Positions 16,084 through 25,569 of a DNA stretch of 64,000 nt are shown in pieces. Origin of the DNA: Anaerolineales bacterium. GTDB lineage: Bacteria; Chloroflexota; Anaerolineae; Anaerolineales; E44-bin32. The translations under genes and the position numbers were made by a program. The DNA lies in assembly GCA_035455265.1 (NCBI GenBank), contig DATIFK010000012.1:6035-70034 (forward strand), given 5' to 3'. A model generated the notes under the pieces. The model saw only the letters and a list, made by a program, of their open reading frames with translations, was not told the DNA's origin and did no database searches. How positions within the stretch are numbered: position 1 is the first letter of the stretch; each line of letters starts with the position of its first letter.

Positions 16084-17682
16084 TCATTCCCTGAAGATCC
16101 TCACACGCCGGTTCGGTTCCTTGCCGTACGAATGGGAAACCAGGTTGGCCTGGCGGGCGAGCTGATGCTGGAGCCGACGAATGTACGATGAAGCCGGTGG
16201 AAGGTCAAACGAGCGCGCCCCGTTGAGGACCGTGTCGATGGCCTGCTGTGCCTCCGTCAGGGCGACGTCCAGCGATGACTCCTCCGGCTCGGCCGGCTGG
16301 AGGTTGTACAGGTCGCTCAGGAACCCCTCCATCTGGCCGACCGAATTGGAGCGCAGCACGTATACCGGGATGCGGCGCGATTCTGCCTCGCTGATGAACT
16401 TCTGGCGTCGCCGGTAATAGGCGCGTAAGGTGACGATGACGTCGCACTGAGCGGCATCGTCGGCCAGGATGACCGGCAGGTGCAAGCGCTTGGCGGCGGT
16501 GCGCAGGCGGTTGCGGGCGACCCCGTAGGGGTAGATGCGCAGCGTGGTCAGCGCTTCGCCCGGCATATGAGGCGGCGTTGGGGAAAAAGGCAAGCTGCCG
16601 TTGTCGGACGGCGGCGTCGACGGCAGCGCCGCCGCCGAGCGGCGGTAGCCGGCTTCGGCCGGGGCGCGCGCCGGTCGGGCCATCGGCACCGTCTCGATGT
16701 GGATTTGGCCCGTCTCGTCCCGCCGGCGCAGCTCGGGCGGCAGCGGGCGGCCGCGCAGCATGGCGTCGACGGCGGCAGCGACATCGTGGTGGACCGCCAG
16801 GCGCTCGCGATCCTGGATTTCGATCAGGACATCGAAGGTCGGCGCGGCGCGCCGCTCCAGCACGGTCTTCTGCGTGCCGCGGCGGCGGGCCTCCTCGTCC
16901 GACAGCGTCACCGACTCGATACCGCCGATCAGGTCCGACAAAGTAGGGTTGAGCAGCAAGTTCTCCAGGGTGTTGCCGTGGGCGGTCCCGATCAGCTGCA
17001 CGCCGCGCTCGGCGATCGTGCGGGCGGCGGCGGCCTCCAACTCACGCCCGATCTCGTCGATGACGATGACCTCGGGGTTGTGGTTCTCGACGGCTTCGAT
17101 CATGACTTCGTGCTGCAGGCTCGGCTCGCGCACCTGCATCCGCCGGGCACGGCCGATGGCTGGATGGGCGACGTCGCCGTCGCCGGCGATCTCGTTGGAG
17201 GTATCGACGATGACGACGCGCCGCTCCTCGGCCAGGATGCGGGCCGCCTCGCGCAGCATGGTGGTCTTGCCCACGCCCGGGCGCCCGAGCAGCAGCAGGC
17301 TCTGGCCGCTCGAGATGATGTCCTGGATGATCTCGATGGTGCCGTAGACCGCTCGCCCGACGCGGCAGGTCAGGCCGACGATGTGGCCGCGCCGATTGCG
17401 CAGCGCCGAAATGCGGTGGAGGGTGCGCTCGAGACCGGCGCGGTTGTCGGCGTCGAACTCGCCGACGCGCGTGACGACGAATTCGATGTCGCCGCGCGCG
17501 ATCTCGCGGTCGGCCAGGGTGACCTCGCGGTCGACGAAACGCGCCGTCGGCACGCGCCCGAGATCGAGGATGACCTCCAGCAGGAAGTCCTGGCGGTCGA
17601 CCTGCACCAGGCTGTGAACCAGATCGGGCGGCAGCACGCCCAGCAGGGCGTCGAGGTCGTCGGTGATTCGTTGCTGGGTCAT
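16084..17682 (-). CDS. AAA-type ATPase with C-terminal R3H domain (Ycf45/SpoIIIAA-like)
   Basis: Walker A LLLGRPGVGKTT, Walker B VIVIDEIG, and a C-terminal R3H-like segment (LVSHSYGKEPNRRVRIF). Confidence 0.8.
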   Translation of the reverse strand: MTQQRITDDLDALLGVLPPDLVHSLVQVDRQDFLLEVILDLGRVPTARFVDREVTLADREIARGDIEFVVTRVGEFDADNRAGLERTLHRISALRNRRGHIVGLTCRVGRAVYGTIEIIQDIISSGQSLLLLGRPGVGKTTMLREAARILAEERRVVIVDTSNEIAGDGDVAHPAIGRARRMQVREPSLQHEVMIEAVENHNPEVIVIDEIGRELEAAAARTIAERGVQLIGTAHGNTLENLLLNPTLSDLIGGIESVTLSDEEARRRGTQKTVLERRAAPTFDVLIEIQDRERLAVHHDVAAAVDAMLRGRPLPPELRRRDETGQIHIETVPMARPARAPAEAGYRRSAAALPSTPPSDNGSLPFSPTPPHMPGEALTTLRIYPYGVARNRLRTAAKRLHLPVILADDAAQCDVIVTLRAYYRRRQKFISEAESRRIPVYVLRSNSVGQMEGFLSDLYNLQPAEPEESSLDVALTEAQQAIDTVLNGARSFDLPPASSYIRRLQHQLARQANLVSHSYGKEPNRRVRIFRE

Positions 17683-17706
17683 GAGATCAGCTGTCAGCCT
17701 TCCGTC

Positions 17707-17804
17707 TCAGTTTCCAGTTGCCAGTTGCCAGTTGCCAGTTTCCAGTGCCAATCTCTAGTCTCTAGTCCCCCATCCCCAACCCCCAATCCCCAATCCCCAA
17801 TCCC
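17707..17804. repeat. 14-unit phase-perfect heptanucleotide tandem array
   Basis: TCAGTTT CCAGTTG x3 CCAGTTT CCAGTGC CAATCTC TAGTCTC TAGTCCC CCATCCC CAACCCC CAATCCC x3; the 7-nt phase is unbroken over 98 bp. Confidence 0.9.
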
Positions 17805-17829
17805 GTGCCCCAGGCTTCCCGGGCACTCG

Positions 17830-18783
17830 TCATTGCTTGCTTTCCGCGCGCGCGATGGGCGCCGTCGGTTCCGGATGAGGCTCCAGCGCCGGATGGACGA
17901 CGCGATCGGCGGCGCGTTCGACGGCTGCCAGGCGCCGGACCATGACCGCCTGATCATCGCAGACCTCGAAACCGAAACGCGTCAGGGGTCCGCTCATCCA
18001 GCCCTGGTAGGAGCGCACGCAGACGTACATCGGGCGGGTCGAGCGGTTTTCGCCTTCGTGCAACATACCTGCGAACAGAGGCTCGATCGTCTCGACCGCC
18101 GGGTGAACGTAGGGCTGCAGCCAGATCCCCAGCGGGCCGCGTTCGACCTCCAGGTAACCCCGCAGCTCGTCCTCGTCCCAGTAGACAAAGCCTCGCCGGG
18201 CGCGCGAAGGGCCGGTCTCGACCTGCTGCACCAGTCCCGGCACGAGATTCGCCAGAAGCGATTGCAGCGCCGGCCCGTCGGAAGACAGCTCGGGGCGCCA
18301 CAGGCTGGCGGCGGCCCGGGGGCTCGTCCCCACCTGAGGCTCGCGCCGCCAGATGCGCTGCCGGGCGTAGATGGCGAAGCCGGCCAGGCGCAGGCACTCG
18401 AAGGCCGGGCTGTGCTCGTCGACGTCGGCGATCAGATTGCGCGCGCCGCGAAGCGCGGCGGCTTGGCTCAAGGCATCGAGCAGGCGCAGGCCGCTGGCGT
18501 GTGTCAGGGCTTCCGCCGGCCCGAGGAACACCAGTCGCGCCGGCCCGGACGGTTCGCGCTGAAGGATCTGGCCGATGGCCGTCGGTTCGCCGCCGTTCGA
18601 GCCCGGCGCCACCAGCGTGTGGGTCGGGCGTCCGGGTGTCAGCATGTCGAGCAGGGCGGTCTGGAGGGTTTGCGGGCCGCGTGTGAAGGCGACCTCGGCG
18701 TGCAGGCACAAGCCGAGGGCGCGCACGCGATGGAGGGCGGGCAGGTCGAGCCAGTCGAGAGGGCGAACGCCGGGCTCAGCCAT
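17830..18783 (-). CDS. hypothetical protein, possibly tandem GNAT-like folds (317 aa)
   Basis: Non-repetitive ORF whose ATG overlaps the pdxT stop by 8 nt. The segment [27 protein letters not shown] resembles an acetyltransferase core. Family not firmly recognised. Confidence 0.5.
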   Translation of the reverse strand: MAEPGVRPLDWLDLPALHRVRALGLCLHAEVAFTRGPQTLQTALLDMLTPGRPTHTLVAPGSNGGEPTAIGQILQREPSGPARLVFLGPAEALTHASGLRLLDALSQAAALRGARNLIADVDEHSPAFECLRLAGFAIYARQRIWRREPQVGTSPRAAASLWRPELSSDGPALQSLLANLVPGLVQQVETGPSRARRGFVYWDEDELRGYLEVERGPLGIWLQPYVHPAVETIEPLFAGMLHEGENRSTRPMYVCVRSYQGWMSGPLTRFGFEVCDDQAVMVRRLAAVERAADRVVHPALEPHPEPTAPIARAESKQ

Positions 18784-19360
18784 CGGCCCAGCGCAGGAAA
18801 TAGCGATGGAAACGCAAGTCGTCCGTCAACTCCGGGTGGAACGACGTCGCCAGCCAGTGGCCCTGGCGGGCGGCAACAACTCGCTGATCGGGCAGGGAGG
18901 CCAGCACCTCGACGCCAGGACCGACGCGCTCGATCAACGGGGCGCGAATGAACACGGCGTGGAAGGGTCGCTCGGGTTGGTCCAGGGCCGGCACCGACAG
19001 GTCGGCTTCGAAGGAGTCGACCTGTCGGCCAAAGGCGTTGCGCTCGACGGCGATGTCCATCAGGCCCAACAGCGGCTGGGAGCGGCGGGCGTCGCGCGAC
19101 AGGAAGATCGCTCCGGCGCAGGTGCCCCACACCGGTTGTTTCTCGGCGAAGGTGCGCAGCGGCTCGATCAGGCGGAAGGTCGTGGCCAGCTTGCCGATGG
19201 TCGTCGATTCCCCGCCCGGGATGATCAGCCCGGCCAATCCCTCCAGATGCTCGGGCAATCGGACCTCGCGTCCGGCCACTCCCAGGCGATGGAGGACGGA
19301 TAGATGTTCGGCGAAATCTCCCTGGAGGGCGAGGACTCCGATGGTAGGGGATGGTGTCAT
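18776..19360 (-). CDS. pdxT: pyridoxal 5'-phosphate synthase, glutaminase subunit
   Basis: [13 protein letters not shown] and IIPGGESTT motifs. Immediately downstream of pdxS. Confidence 0.92.
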   Translation of the reverse strand: MTPSPTIGVLALQGDFAEHLSVLHRLGVAGREVRLPEHLEGLAGLIIPGGESTTIGKLATTFRLIEPLRTFAEKQPVWGTCAGAIFLSRDARRSQPLLGLMDIAVERNAFGRQVDSFEADLSVPALDQPERPFHAVFIRAPLIERVGPGVEVLASLPDQRVVAARQGHWLATSFHPELTDDLRFHRYFLRWADG

Positions 19361-19373
19361 GGAGAAAAGTTGG

Positions 19374-19446
19374 TTCTCAAGTCATCAGTTCTCGGTCGTC
19401 CGCCAAGGCCCTTGACTGAAGACTGAGAACTGATGACTGACGACTG
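19374..19446. repeat. heptad-type inverted repeat between pdxS and pdxT
   Basis: ttctcaagtcatcagttctcggtcgtc ... gactgaagactgagaactgatgactgacgactg. Confidence 0.7.
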
Positions 19447-19449
19447 CGC

Positions 19450-20352
19450 TTACCACCCGCGGCTGGCCAGGCGCTCCCCCGCCTCGAGGGACGTGACGCC
19501 AATGCCGACCATCGGTTCGCCCAGGCCGCGACTGATCTCGGCCAGGATCTTCGGGTCGTTGTAGTGGGTCGTCGCCTCGACGATGGCTTTGGCCCGGCGC
19601 GCCGGGTCGCCCGACTTGAAGATGCCCGAGCCGACGAAGACGCCGTCGACACCCAGCTGCATCATCAAGGCGGCATCGGCGGGAGTGGCGAGGCCGCCGG
19701 CGGCGAAGTTGACCACGGGCAGACGCCCGGCGTTGCGCGTTTCGACCACCAGTTCGTACGGCGCAGCGAGATCCTTGCTGTAGGCCATCAGCTCGTCGTC
19801 GGGCATGGTCTGCAGGCGGCGGATCTCGCCCAGCACGGAACGGGCATGGCGCACCGCTTCGACCACGTCGCCGGTGCCGGCCTCGCCCTTGGTGCGAATC
19901 ATGGCGGCGCCTTCGCCGATGCGGCGCAGCGCTTCGCCCAGGTCTCGGCAGCCGCACACGAACGGCACCTTGAAGGCGTGCTTCTCGATATGGTGTCGTT
20001 CGTCGGCGGGGGTCAGGACTTCCGATTCGTCGATGTAGTCGACGCCCAGGGCTTCCAGGATTTGCGCCTCGACGAAGTGCCCGATGCGGCACTTGGCCAT
20101 GACCGGGATGGTCACGGCCTCCATGATCTGGACGATCAACTCCGGATCACTCATCCGCGCTACGCCGCCGTGGGCGCGGATGTCGGCCGGGACGCGCTCC
20201 AGCGCCATCACCGCCACCGCGCCGGCGTCCTCGGCGATGCGCGCGTGCTCGGCCGTGACGACGTCCATGATGACGCCGCCCTTGAGCATTTGGGCCAGGC
20301 CCTTCTTGACGGCGAAGGTGCCGACATCCTTGGTCACCGCAACCTCCCGCAC
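19450..20352 (-). CDS. pdxS: pyridoxal 5'-phosphate synthase, lyase subunit
   Basis: Highly conserved PdxS blocks: [38 protein letters not shown]. Confidence 0.95.
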   Translation of the reverse strand: MREVAVTKDVGTFAVKKGLAQMLKGGVIMDVVTAEHARIAEDAGAVAVMALERVPADIRAHGGVARMSDPELIVQIMEAVTIPVMAKCRIGHFVEAQILEALGVDYIDESEVLTPADERHHIEKHAFKVPFVCGCRDLGEALRRIGEGAAMIRTKGEAGTGDVVEAVRHARSVLGEIRRLQTMPDDELMAYSKDLAAPYELVVETRNAGRLPVVNFAAGGLATPADAALMMQLGVDGVFVGSGIFKSGDPARRAKAIVEATTHYNDPKILAEISRGLGEPMVGIGVTSLEAGERLASRGW

Positions 20353-20611
20353 ACCTTCGAGGGGATTCTACCACTCAGCCATCGGCCACACCTGCGCTGG
20401 CGCCGGCGCGGCGCTCCGGCTCCGTGCAGGCGCAAGTGTCGGCACTCCGCCGTCAGCCAGCCTGTGTCGGTCGTCAGCTGAGCGACGGCGAGGGAGCCGG
20501 CTCCAGGCACACGCTCCTCGGAGGGGCCGATCGTCGCGGGCCCTTGACACATGTGATACAATCCATCAAAGAGACAATGCGACAATAATACAAGCAGACA
20601 ATGGGTGGGAG

Positions 20612-21022
20612 ATGACGGACCTACGCATCCAGGTTGACTTGCGCAGCAAGACCCCCGCCTACCTGCAGATCCTCGAGCACGTACGCGGGTTGGTGGCCTC
20701 GGGCGCCCTGCATCCCGGGGATCAACTGCCCACGGTGCGGCAGCTGGCGGCCGATCTGCGCATCAACTTCAACACGGTCGCCCGGGCCTACCGCCTGCTG
20801 GACGAGGCCGGGGTGATCTCGACCCAGCAGGGCCGCGGCACATACGTGGTGGAGGCGCCCCCGCCGGCCCGAGCGCGCAAGCTGCGGCAATCCGCGCTCG
20901 ACAGCCTCACCCGCGAGTTCGCCGGCGGCGCGGCGCGGCTCGGCTTCTCGTCCGAGGAGATCCGCCGAGCCGTCGACGAAGCGCTCGAACGCATTTCGAC
21001 GGATCCTCGAAAAGGAGACTGA
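20612..21022 (+). CDS. GntR-family transcriptional regulator, short YtrA-like (136 aa)
   Basis: Winged-HTH LPTVRQLAADLRINFNTVARAYRLLDEAGVISTQQGRGTYV with a short C-terminal domain. The track ORF 20084..21022 has a spurious N-terminal extension antisense to pdxS. Confidence 0.85.
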   Translation: MTDLRIQVDLRSKTPAYLQILEHVRGLVASGALHPGDQLPTVRQLAADLRINFNTVARAYRLLDEAGVISTQQGRGTYVVEAPPPARARKLRQSALDSLTREFAGGAARLGFSSEEIRRAVDEALERISTDPRKGD

Positions 21023-21023
21023 C

Positions 21024-21965
21024 ATGGAAGCGTTGATATCGAAGCGTGTCAAAGCGGCCATCGGCTCGGGGAGGTCCGCCACCTGGGTTCGCGTCCCTCC
21101 CATCGCCATTGGGGCCTGGATCCTGATCTTCAGCCTGTCGATCCTGGCCATCCCCGTGATGGACGCCGCCGGGGTCGCCGATGACGCCATGGCGGCGGTT
21201 GTCGTGGTGGCCAACCTGGTGGGGCTGTATGTTCTCTTCGCCATCAAGGTGGCCGATCAATGGGAGAAGGGTGTTGTGCTGCGGCTGGGGCGTTTCCGCG
21301 GGCTGCGCGGCCCCGGCCTGTTCTGGATCATCCCGGTCTTCGATCGCGTCTCCACCTGGATCGACCACCGCGTGATGGTCACGCCCTTCAGTGCCGAGAA
21401 GACCCTCACCAAGGACACCGTCCCGGTGGATGTCGACGCGGTGCTGTTCTGGTTGGTGTGGGATGCGGAGAAGGCCGCGCTGGAAGTCGAGGACTACCGC
21501 ATGGCGATCGCCTGGGCGGCACAGACGGCGCTGCGCGAGGTCATCGGGCAGATGGACCTGGCCTCGATCCTGGTCGGCCGGGCGAAGATGGACAAGGACC
21601 TGCAAGCCATCATCGACGAGCGCACCACCCCGTGGGGAATCACGGTGCAGTCGGTCGAGATCCGAGACATCGTGATCCCGCAGGATCTTGAGGATGCGAT
21701 GAGCCGCCAGGCTCAGGCCGAGCGCGAACGCCAGGCGCGCGTCATCCTGGGTGAGTCCGAGAAACAAATCGCCCAATCCTTCGCCGACGCCTCGCTGGCG
21801 TACCGGGACAACCCGACGGCGCTCCATCTGCGGGCGATGAACATGCTCTTCGAAGGATTGAAGGAGAAGGGCGCATTGGTGATCGTGCCTTCCAGCGCCG
21901 TCGACACGATGAACCTGGGCGGCATGACAGGCGTCGTGGCGCTGGCGAAATCGGCCAAGGAGTGA
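21024..21965 (+). CDS. SPFH/band-7 (stomatin/slipin-like) membrane protein
   Basis: N-terminal TM segments followed by an SPFH core (VVLRLGRFRGLRGPGLFWIIPVFD..., ERERQARVILGESE). Starts 1 nt after the GntR stop. Confidence 0.88.
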   Translation: MEALISKRVKAAIGSGRSATWVRVPPIAIGAWILIFSLSILAIPVMDAAGVADDAMAAVVVVANLVGLYVLFAIKVADQWEKGVVLRLGRFRGLRGPGLFWIIPVFDRVSTWIDHRVMVTPFSAEKTLTKDTVPVDVDAVLFWLVWDAEKAALEVEDYRMAIAWAAQTALREVIGQMDLASILVGRAKMDKDLQAIIDERTTPWGITVQSVEIRDIVIPQDLEDAMSRQAQAERERQARVILGESEKQIAQSFADASLAYRDNPTALHLRAMNMLFEGLKEKGALVIVPSSAVDTMNLGGMTGVVALAKSAKE

Positions 21966-21968
21966 CCC

Positions 21969-22193
21969 GTGGACGAGGCGCCGTGGGAGTATCGGGTCGA
22001 GACGCTGGGGTCGATGCTTCGCTCTCCCAAAGATGACCAACTGGCGGAATTGCTGAACGCCTGGGGGGAGGAAGGCTGGGAGTTCGCCTCGGCGCTGCTG
22101 CGCAGGCCCAGCCAGGCCGTGACCCTGATCGCCCGCCGCCGGCTCACGCGCCAGGAGCGCCGCCGGAGAACACGGCCGGGCGAGGCTTGGTGA
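21969..22193 (+). CDS. DUF4177-like small protein
   Basis: WEYRVETLG...LNAWGEEGWEF pattern. GTG start 3 nt after the SPFH stop. Confidence 0.55.
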   Translation: MDEAPWEYRVETLGSMLRSPKDDQLAELLNAWGEEGWEFASALLRRPSQAVTLIARRRLTRQERRRRTRPGEAW

Positions 22194-22217
22194 GCTCGAG
22201 GCGCGCAGGAGGCTGCC

Positions 22218-22856
22218 ATGTCGCTGCTGTCGAGCGCCGTCGATATCGTCCGTCGCCACCGCCGCGCCTATCTGGCGTGCAATGTCGGCTACTATGGACT
22301 GATCCTGGTAGGTCTCGCCTGGGCCCAGCTCGCGACGAAGACGGCCGAGGGGCTGCGGTCCGCCGTCGAGTCGTCGCTCGAAAGCGGCGCGCTGGCTCCG
22401 GTTGCCGGCGTGTACGATCGCGGAGACGTCCTGGCCGCCATCGGATTGACCTTGGCCGTCAACCTGATCATCGGCAGCCTGGCCTCCATCACCCTCCCGT
22501 CGCTTGTCCTACCCTTCAGCGGGCTGGCGGTCGCAGGCTTTCGGGCCCTGGTCTGGGGCCTGCTCTTCTCGCCCGCGCCAGCGGCCATCACATGGGGCAA
22601 CGTGCCCGAAGGGGCGGTCATTGCCGGGGTGCTGATCCTGGAGGGTCAGGGTTACGTGCTGACCATGCTGGCCGCCTGGATTCAAGGCTATGGATGGACA
22701 CAGCCAGCGAAGTCGGGGGCGACCACCCGCGGACAAGGCTACCGCCTCGGCCTGGGGGTGACGACACGTCTCTACGGCTTGGTGGCGGTCACCCTGGCCG
22801 TGGCCGCCGTGTGTGAGGTCGTGGCGGCAACGGCCATCCTGCCCGGGGTCCGGTGA
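22218..22856 (+). CDS. integral membrane protein (possibly SpoIIM/DUF95-like)
   Basis: Several predicted TM segments. Last gene of the GntR-SPFH string. Family assignment is tentative. Confidence 0.5.
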   Translation: MSLLSSAVDIVRRHRRAYLACNVGYYGLILVGLAWAQLATKTAEGLRSAVESSLESGALAPVAGVYDRGDVLAAIGLTLAVNLIIGSLASITLPSLVLPFSGLAVAGFRALVWGLLFSPAPAAITWGNVPEGAVIAGVLILEGQGYVLTMLAAWIQGYGWTQPAKSGATTRGQGYRLGLGVTTRLYGLVAVTLAVAAVCEVVAATAILPGVR

Positions 22857-22868
22857 CAGGCGGCCTCC

Positions 22869-22882
22869 GTTTCACGTGAAAC
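22869..22882. promoter_or_regulatory. perfect 14-bp palindrome GTTTCACGTGAAAC (candidate operator), copy 1
   Basis: Exact palindrome 29 nt upstream of a CACAAT box (22912-22917) and 73 nt upstream of ATG 22955. Confidence 0.5.
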
Positions 22883-22954
22883 AAGGGACTGCGGGCGCCG
22901 GGCGTCCCGGTCCACAATCGACGGGTGGCCGGGCCAGCCCGGCGTGGAGTAGGC

Positions 22955-23851
22955 ATGGACGTCCTTCTGCGAGGCTTATCGGCGTTCTTGATGATCGCGC
23001 TGCCCCTGGCGCTGGGGGTCTATTTCACCCGCCGCTGGCACCTGGGCTGGGGACTGGCGCTGGTGGGGGCCGTCACCTTCCTGCTTTCGCAGGTCGGGCA
23101 CATCCCCTTCAACGGCCAGGTGCTCAATCCGCTGCTGGTCCGCCTCGGATTCGGGACAGGGTCCGGGACACCGGCGGTGGGGCCGCTGGCCGTGGCTGCC
23201 GTCCTGCTGGGGTTGTCGGCGGGGGTCTTTGAGGAGGGAGCGCGCTTCCTGGCCTACCGCTTCTGGATCCGGCGCGCTCGCACCTACCGCGACGGGGTTC
23301 TCTTCGGGTTGGGGCATGGCGGTGCCGAAGCCATCGCCATCGGTGTGCTGGCCATTCTTCAACACGCTCAGGCCTACGCCCTGCGCGGTCAAGATCTTTC
23401 GACCGTCGTCCCTCCCGACCAGCTGGCTGCGGCCGAGGCCTCCCTGGCGCAGTACTGGGCAACGCCGGCCCCGATCTTCCTTTTGGGCGCGGTGGAACGC
23501 GCCTCGGCCTTGGCCGTCCAAATCACCCTGGCGGTGCTCGTCCTGCAGACGTTCACCCGGCGCGGTGGAGCTCTCTGGCTCCTGGGGGCTATCCTGTGGC
23601 ATGCCGCCGTCGATGCTGCCGCGGTGTTCGCCGGAGTCCTTTGGGGCGCGAATCAGGGCTCGGTCTCCGGCGCCATCGCCACCGAGATCCTGGTGGCCGC
23701 CTTCGCCGTCACCAGTCTGGTCATCCTGTTGCGGCTGAGGCCAGCCACCGTGGAGTCGCCTGCCGCTCCGCCTTTGGCGCCGCCGATCGAGCTGCCGAAG
23801 GACGCGCCCGTCCGGCCCGAGCGACTGGACGACACGCGCTACTCTCGGTAG
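22955..23851 (+). CDS. YhfC-family (DUF2324) putative intramembrane metalloprotease
   Basis: Polytopic protein with VFEEGARFLAYRF and FGLGHGGAEAI motifs. Start placed at ATG 22955 (GGAG upstream); the ORF extends to 22925. Confidence 0.55.
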   Translation: MDVLLRGLSAFLMIALPLALGVYFTRRWHLGWGLALVGAVTFLLSQVGHIPFNGQVLNPLLVRLGFGTGSGTPAVGPLAVAAVLLGLSAGVFEEGARFLAYRFWIRRARTYRDGVLFGLGHGGAEAIAIGVLAILQHAQAYALRGQDLSTVVPPDQLAAAEASLAQYWATPAPIFLLGAVERASALAVQITLAVLVLQTFTRRGGALWLLGAILWHAAVDAAAVFAGVLWGANQGSVSGAIATEILVAAFAVTSLVILLRLRPATVESPAAPPLAPPIELPKDAPVRPERLDDTRYSR

Positions 23852-23860
23852 AGAGCAGCC

Positions 23861-24781
23861 ATGATCGAGACCGAGAACCTGACCCGCCGATTCGGAGACA
23901 TCCTGGCCGTCGACCGGCTGACGCTGTCGGTCGCCCCTGGCGAGATCTTCGGCTTCCTGGGGCCGAACGGCGCGGGCAAGACCACCACCATTCGCATGTT
24001 GGCCGGCCTGATCGCGCCGAGCGACGGCCAGGCGACCGTCGCCGGCTGCCGCGTCGGCCGCGAGGATTCCACGCTGCGGCGGCGCATCGGCGTCCTCACC
24101 GAGACCCCCGGCCTGTACGACGGCTTGAGCGCGCAGGCGAACCTGGCGTTCTTTGCCGAGTTGTACGGTGTCGCCGACGCCGGGGCGGCCGTGGAGCACT
24201 ACCTGCAATGGCTGGGCCTGTGGGAGCGCCGCTTCGAGCCCGCCGGCACTTTCTCCAAGGGGATGCGTCAGAAGTTGGCCATCGCCCGCGCCCTGCTCCA
24301 TGAACCCCAAGTGCTCTTCCTGGATGAACCCACCAGCGGCCTCGACCCGGAGGCCGCTCACCTGGTGCGGGATTTCATTGCCGAGCTGCGCCGCGAAGGG
24401 CGAACCATCTTCCTGTGCACCCACAACCTGGATGAGGCCGATCGGCTGTGTGACCGCATCGGCGTCTTCCGCCAGCGGCTGCTGGCGCTGGACTCCCCGG
24501 CCGCCCTCAGGCGCCAGCTGTTCGGGCGAACGGTCGTCGTTCACTTGCGGGCATTGGCTCCGGCCTACGCCGAAGCCGCGGCCCGGCTGCCCTTCGTCCA
24601 TCAGGTGCGTGAGGCGGACGGCCGCATGCTGGTCACTCTCGACGATCCGGAAACACACAACCCGGACCTGATTCGAGCCCTGGTCGGCGCTGGAGCCGAT
24701 CTCCAATTCATCGGGGAGTTGCGCCAATCGCTCGAGGACGTCTACCTGCATCTGGTGAACACCCAGGAGAAAAGCAAATGA
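23861..24781 (+). CDS. ABC transporter ATP-binding protein (ABC-2 type)
   Basis: Walker A GPNGAGKTT, signature FSKGMRQKL, Walker B LFLDEPTSGLD. Confidence 0.9.
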   Translation: MIETENLTRRFGDILAVDRLTLSVAPGEIFGFLGPNGAGKTTTIRMLAGLIAPSDGQATVAGCRVGREDSTLRRRIGVLTETPGLYDGLSAQANLAFFAELYGVADAGAAVEHYLQWLGLWERRFEPAGTFSKGMRQKLAIARALLHEPQVLFLDEPTSGLDPEAAHLVRDFIAELRREGRTIFLCTHNLDEADRLCDRIGVFRQRLLALDSPAALRRQLFGRTVVVHLRALAPAYAEAAARLPFVHQVREADGRMLVTLDDPETHNPDLIRALVGAGADLQFIGELRQSLEDVYLHLVNTQEKSK

Positions 24782-25569
24782 GGGCGGTGTGGGTCATCGT
24801 CCGCAAGGAATGGCGGGAAGTCTTCCGCAACCGGATGGTCATCTTCACCGTGGCCTTCCTGCCGCTGGTGATGACCGGCTTGCCCATCGGCGTGCTGGCG
24901 GCCACCCGTGGCACCGGAGGCGCCGGCAACCTGGGAACCATGGACCTGCCGCCGGGCTACGAGGCCCTGTGCGGTGGACTGACCGGCGCCGCTTGCGCGC
25001 AGTACGCTCTGGTCAGCCAGTTCATGTTGCTGTTCATGATGATCCCGCTGGCCATCCCGGTAACGATCGCTTCCTACAGCATCGTCGGCGAGAAGATCAC
25101 ACGCACCCTCGAACCGTTGCTGGCAACCCCCGTCAGCACGTTGCAACTGCTGGCCGGAAAGGGGCTGGCCGCCATCCTGCCGGCGGTGGCCGCCACCTGG
25201 GGAGGGTTCATCATCTTCGCGCTGGCGGCGCGGTGGGTCGTCATCAGTCCGGAGGTGACGGCCCGCCTGGCCGACCCGATGTGGCTGCTGGCCATCTTCC
25301 TGGTCGGCCCGCTCCTGGCGCTGGCGTCGGTGTCGGCGGCGGTCATGGTGTCGTCGCGCAGCACGGATCCCCGCGCCGCCGAACAGCTCGCCATGGTCGT
25401 CATCGTCCCGCTGCTCGGGCTGTTCTTCGGCCAGATCGCCGGCCTGATCTACCTGAACGCCCGGCTGGTGGCCTGGCTGGCGGCCGGCTTGGCCGTCGCG
25501 GACGCCGGGCTGATTGCGTTCGCCGTCAGCTTGTTCCAGCGCGAGACGATCCTGACGCGCTGGCGGTAG
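24778..25569 (+). CDS. ABC-2 family transporter permease
   Basis: ATGA overlap with the ATPase gene. Six-TM-like hydrophobic profile. Confidence 0.8.
   Translation: MRAVWVIVRKEWREVFRNRMVIFTVAFLPLVMTGLPIGVLAATRGTGGAGNLGTMDLPPGYEALCGGLTGAACAQYALVSQFMLLFMMIPLAIPVTIASYSIVGEKITRTLEPLLATPVSTLQLLAGKGLAAILPAVAATWGGFIIFALAARWVVISPEVTARLADPMWLLAIFLVGPLLALASVSAAVMVSSRSTDPRAAEQLAMVVIVPLLGLFFGQIAGLIYLNARLVAWLAAGLAVADAGLIAFAVSLFQRETILTRWR

Noticed and set aside
17707-17804. CRISPR array, considered for the heptad arrays here and at 35131 and for the tandem units at 63366-63524.
   Set aside because: The repeat units are 7 nt with no spacers, or are three 44-71-bp units with no unique spacers. No cas genes are present, and no 24-48-bp repeat with regular spacer periodicity is seen.
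20084-20611. N-terminal extensions of track ORFs: 20084..21022, 42462..44672, 52533..53732, 55595..56623, 56491..57165, 61695..63365, 30426..31022 and 10303..10950.
   Set aside because: The extensions are low-complexity Arg/Pro/Ala-rich and overlap neighbouring genuine genes. In each case an internal start with a Shine-Dalgarno block or a stop-start overlap coincides with the onset of family homology.
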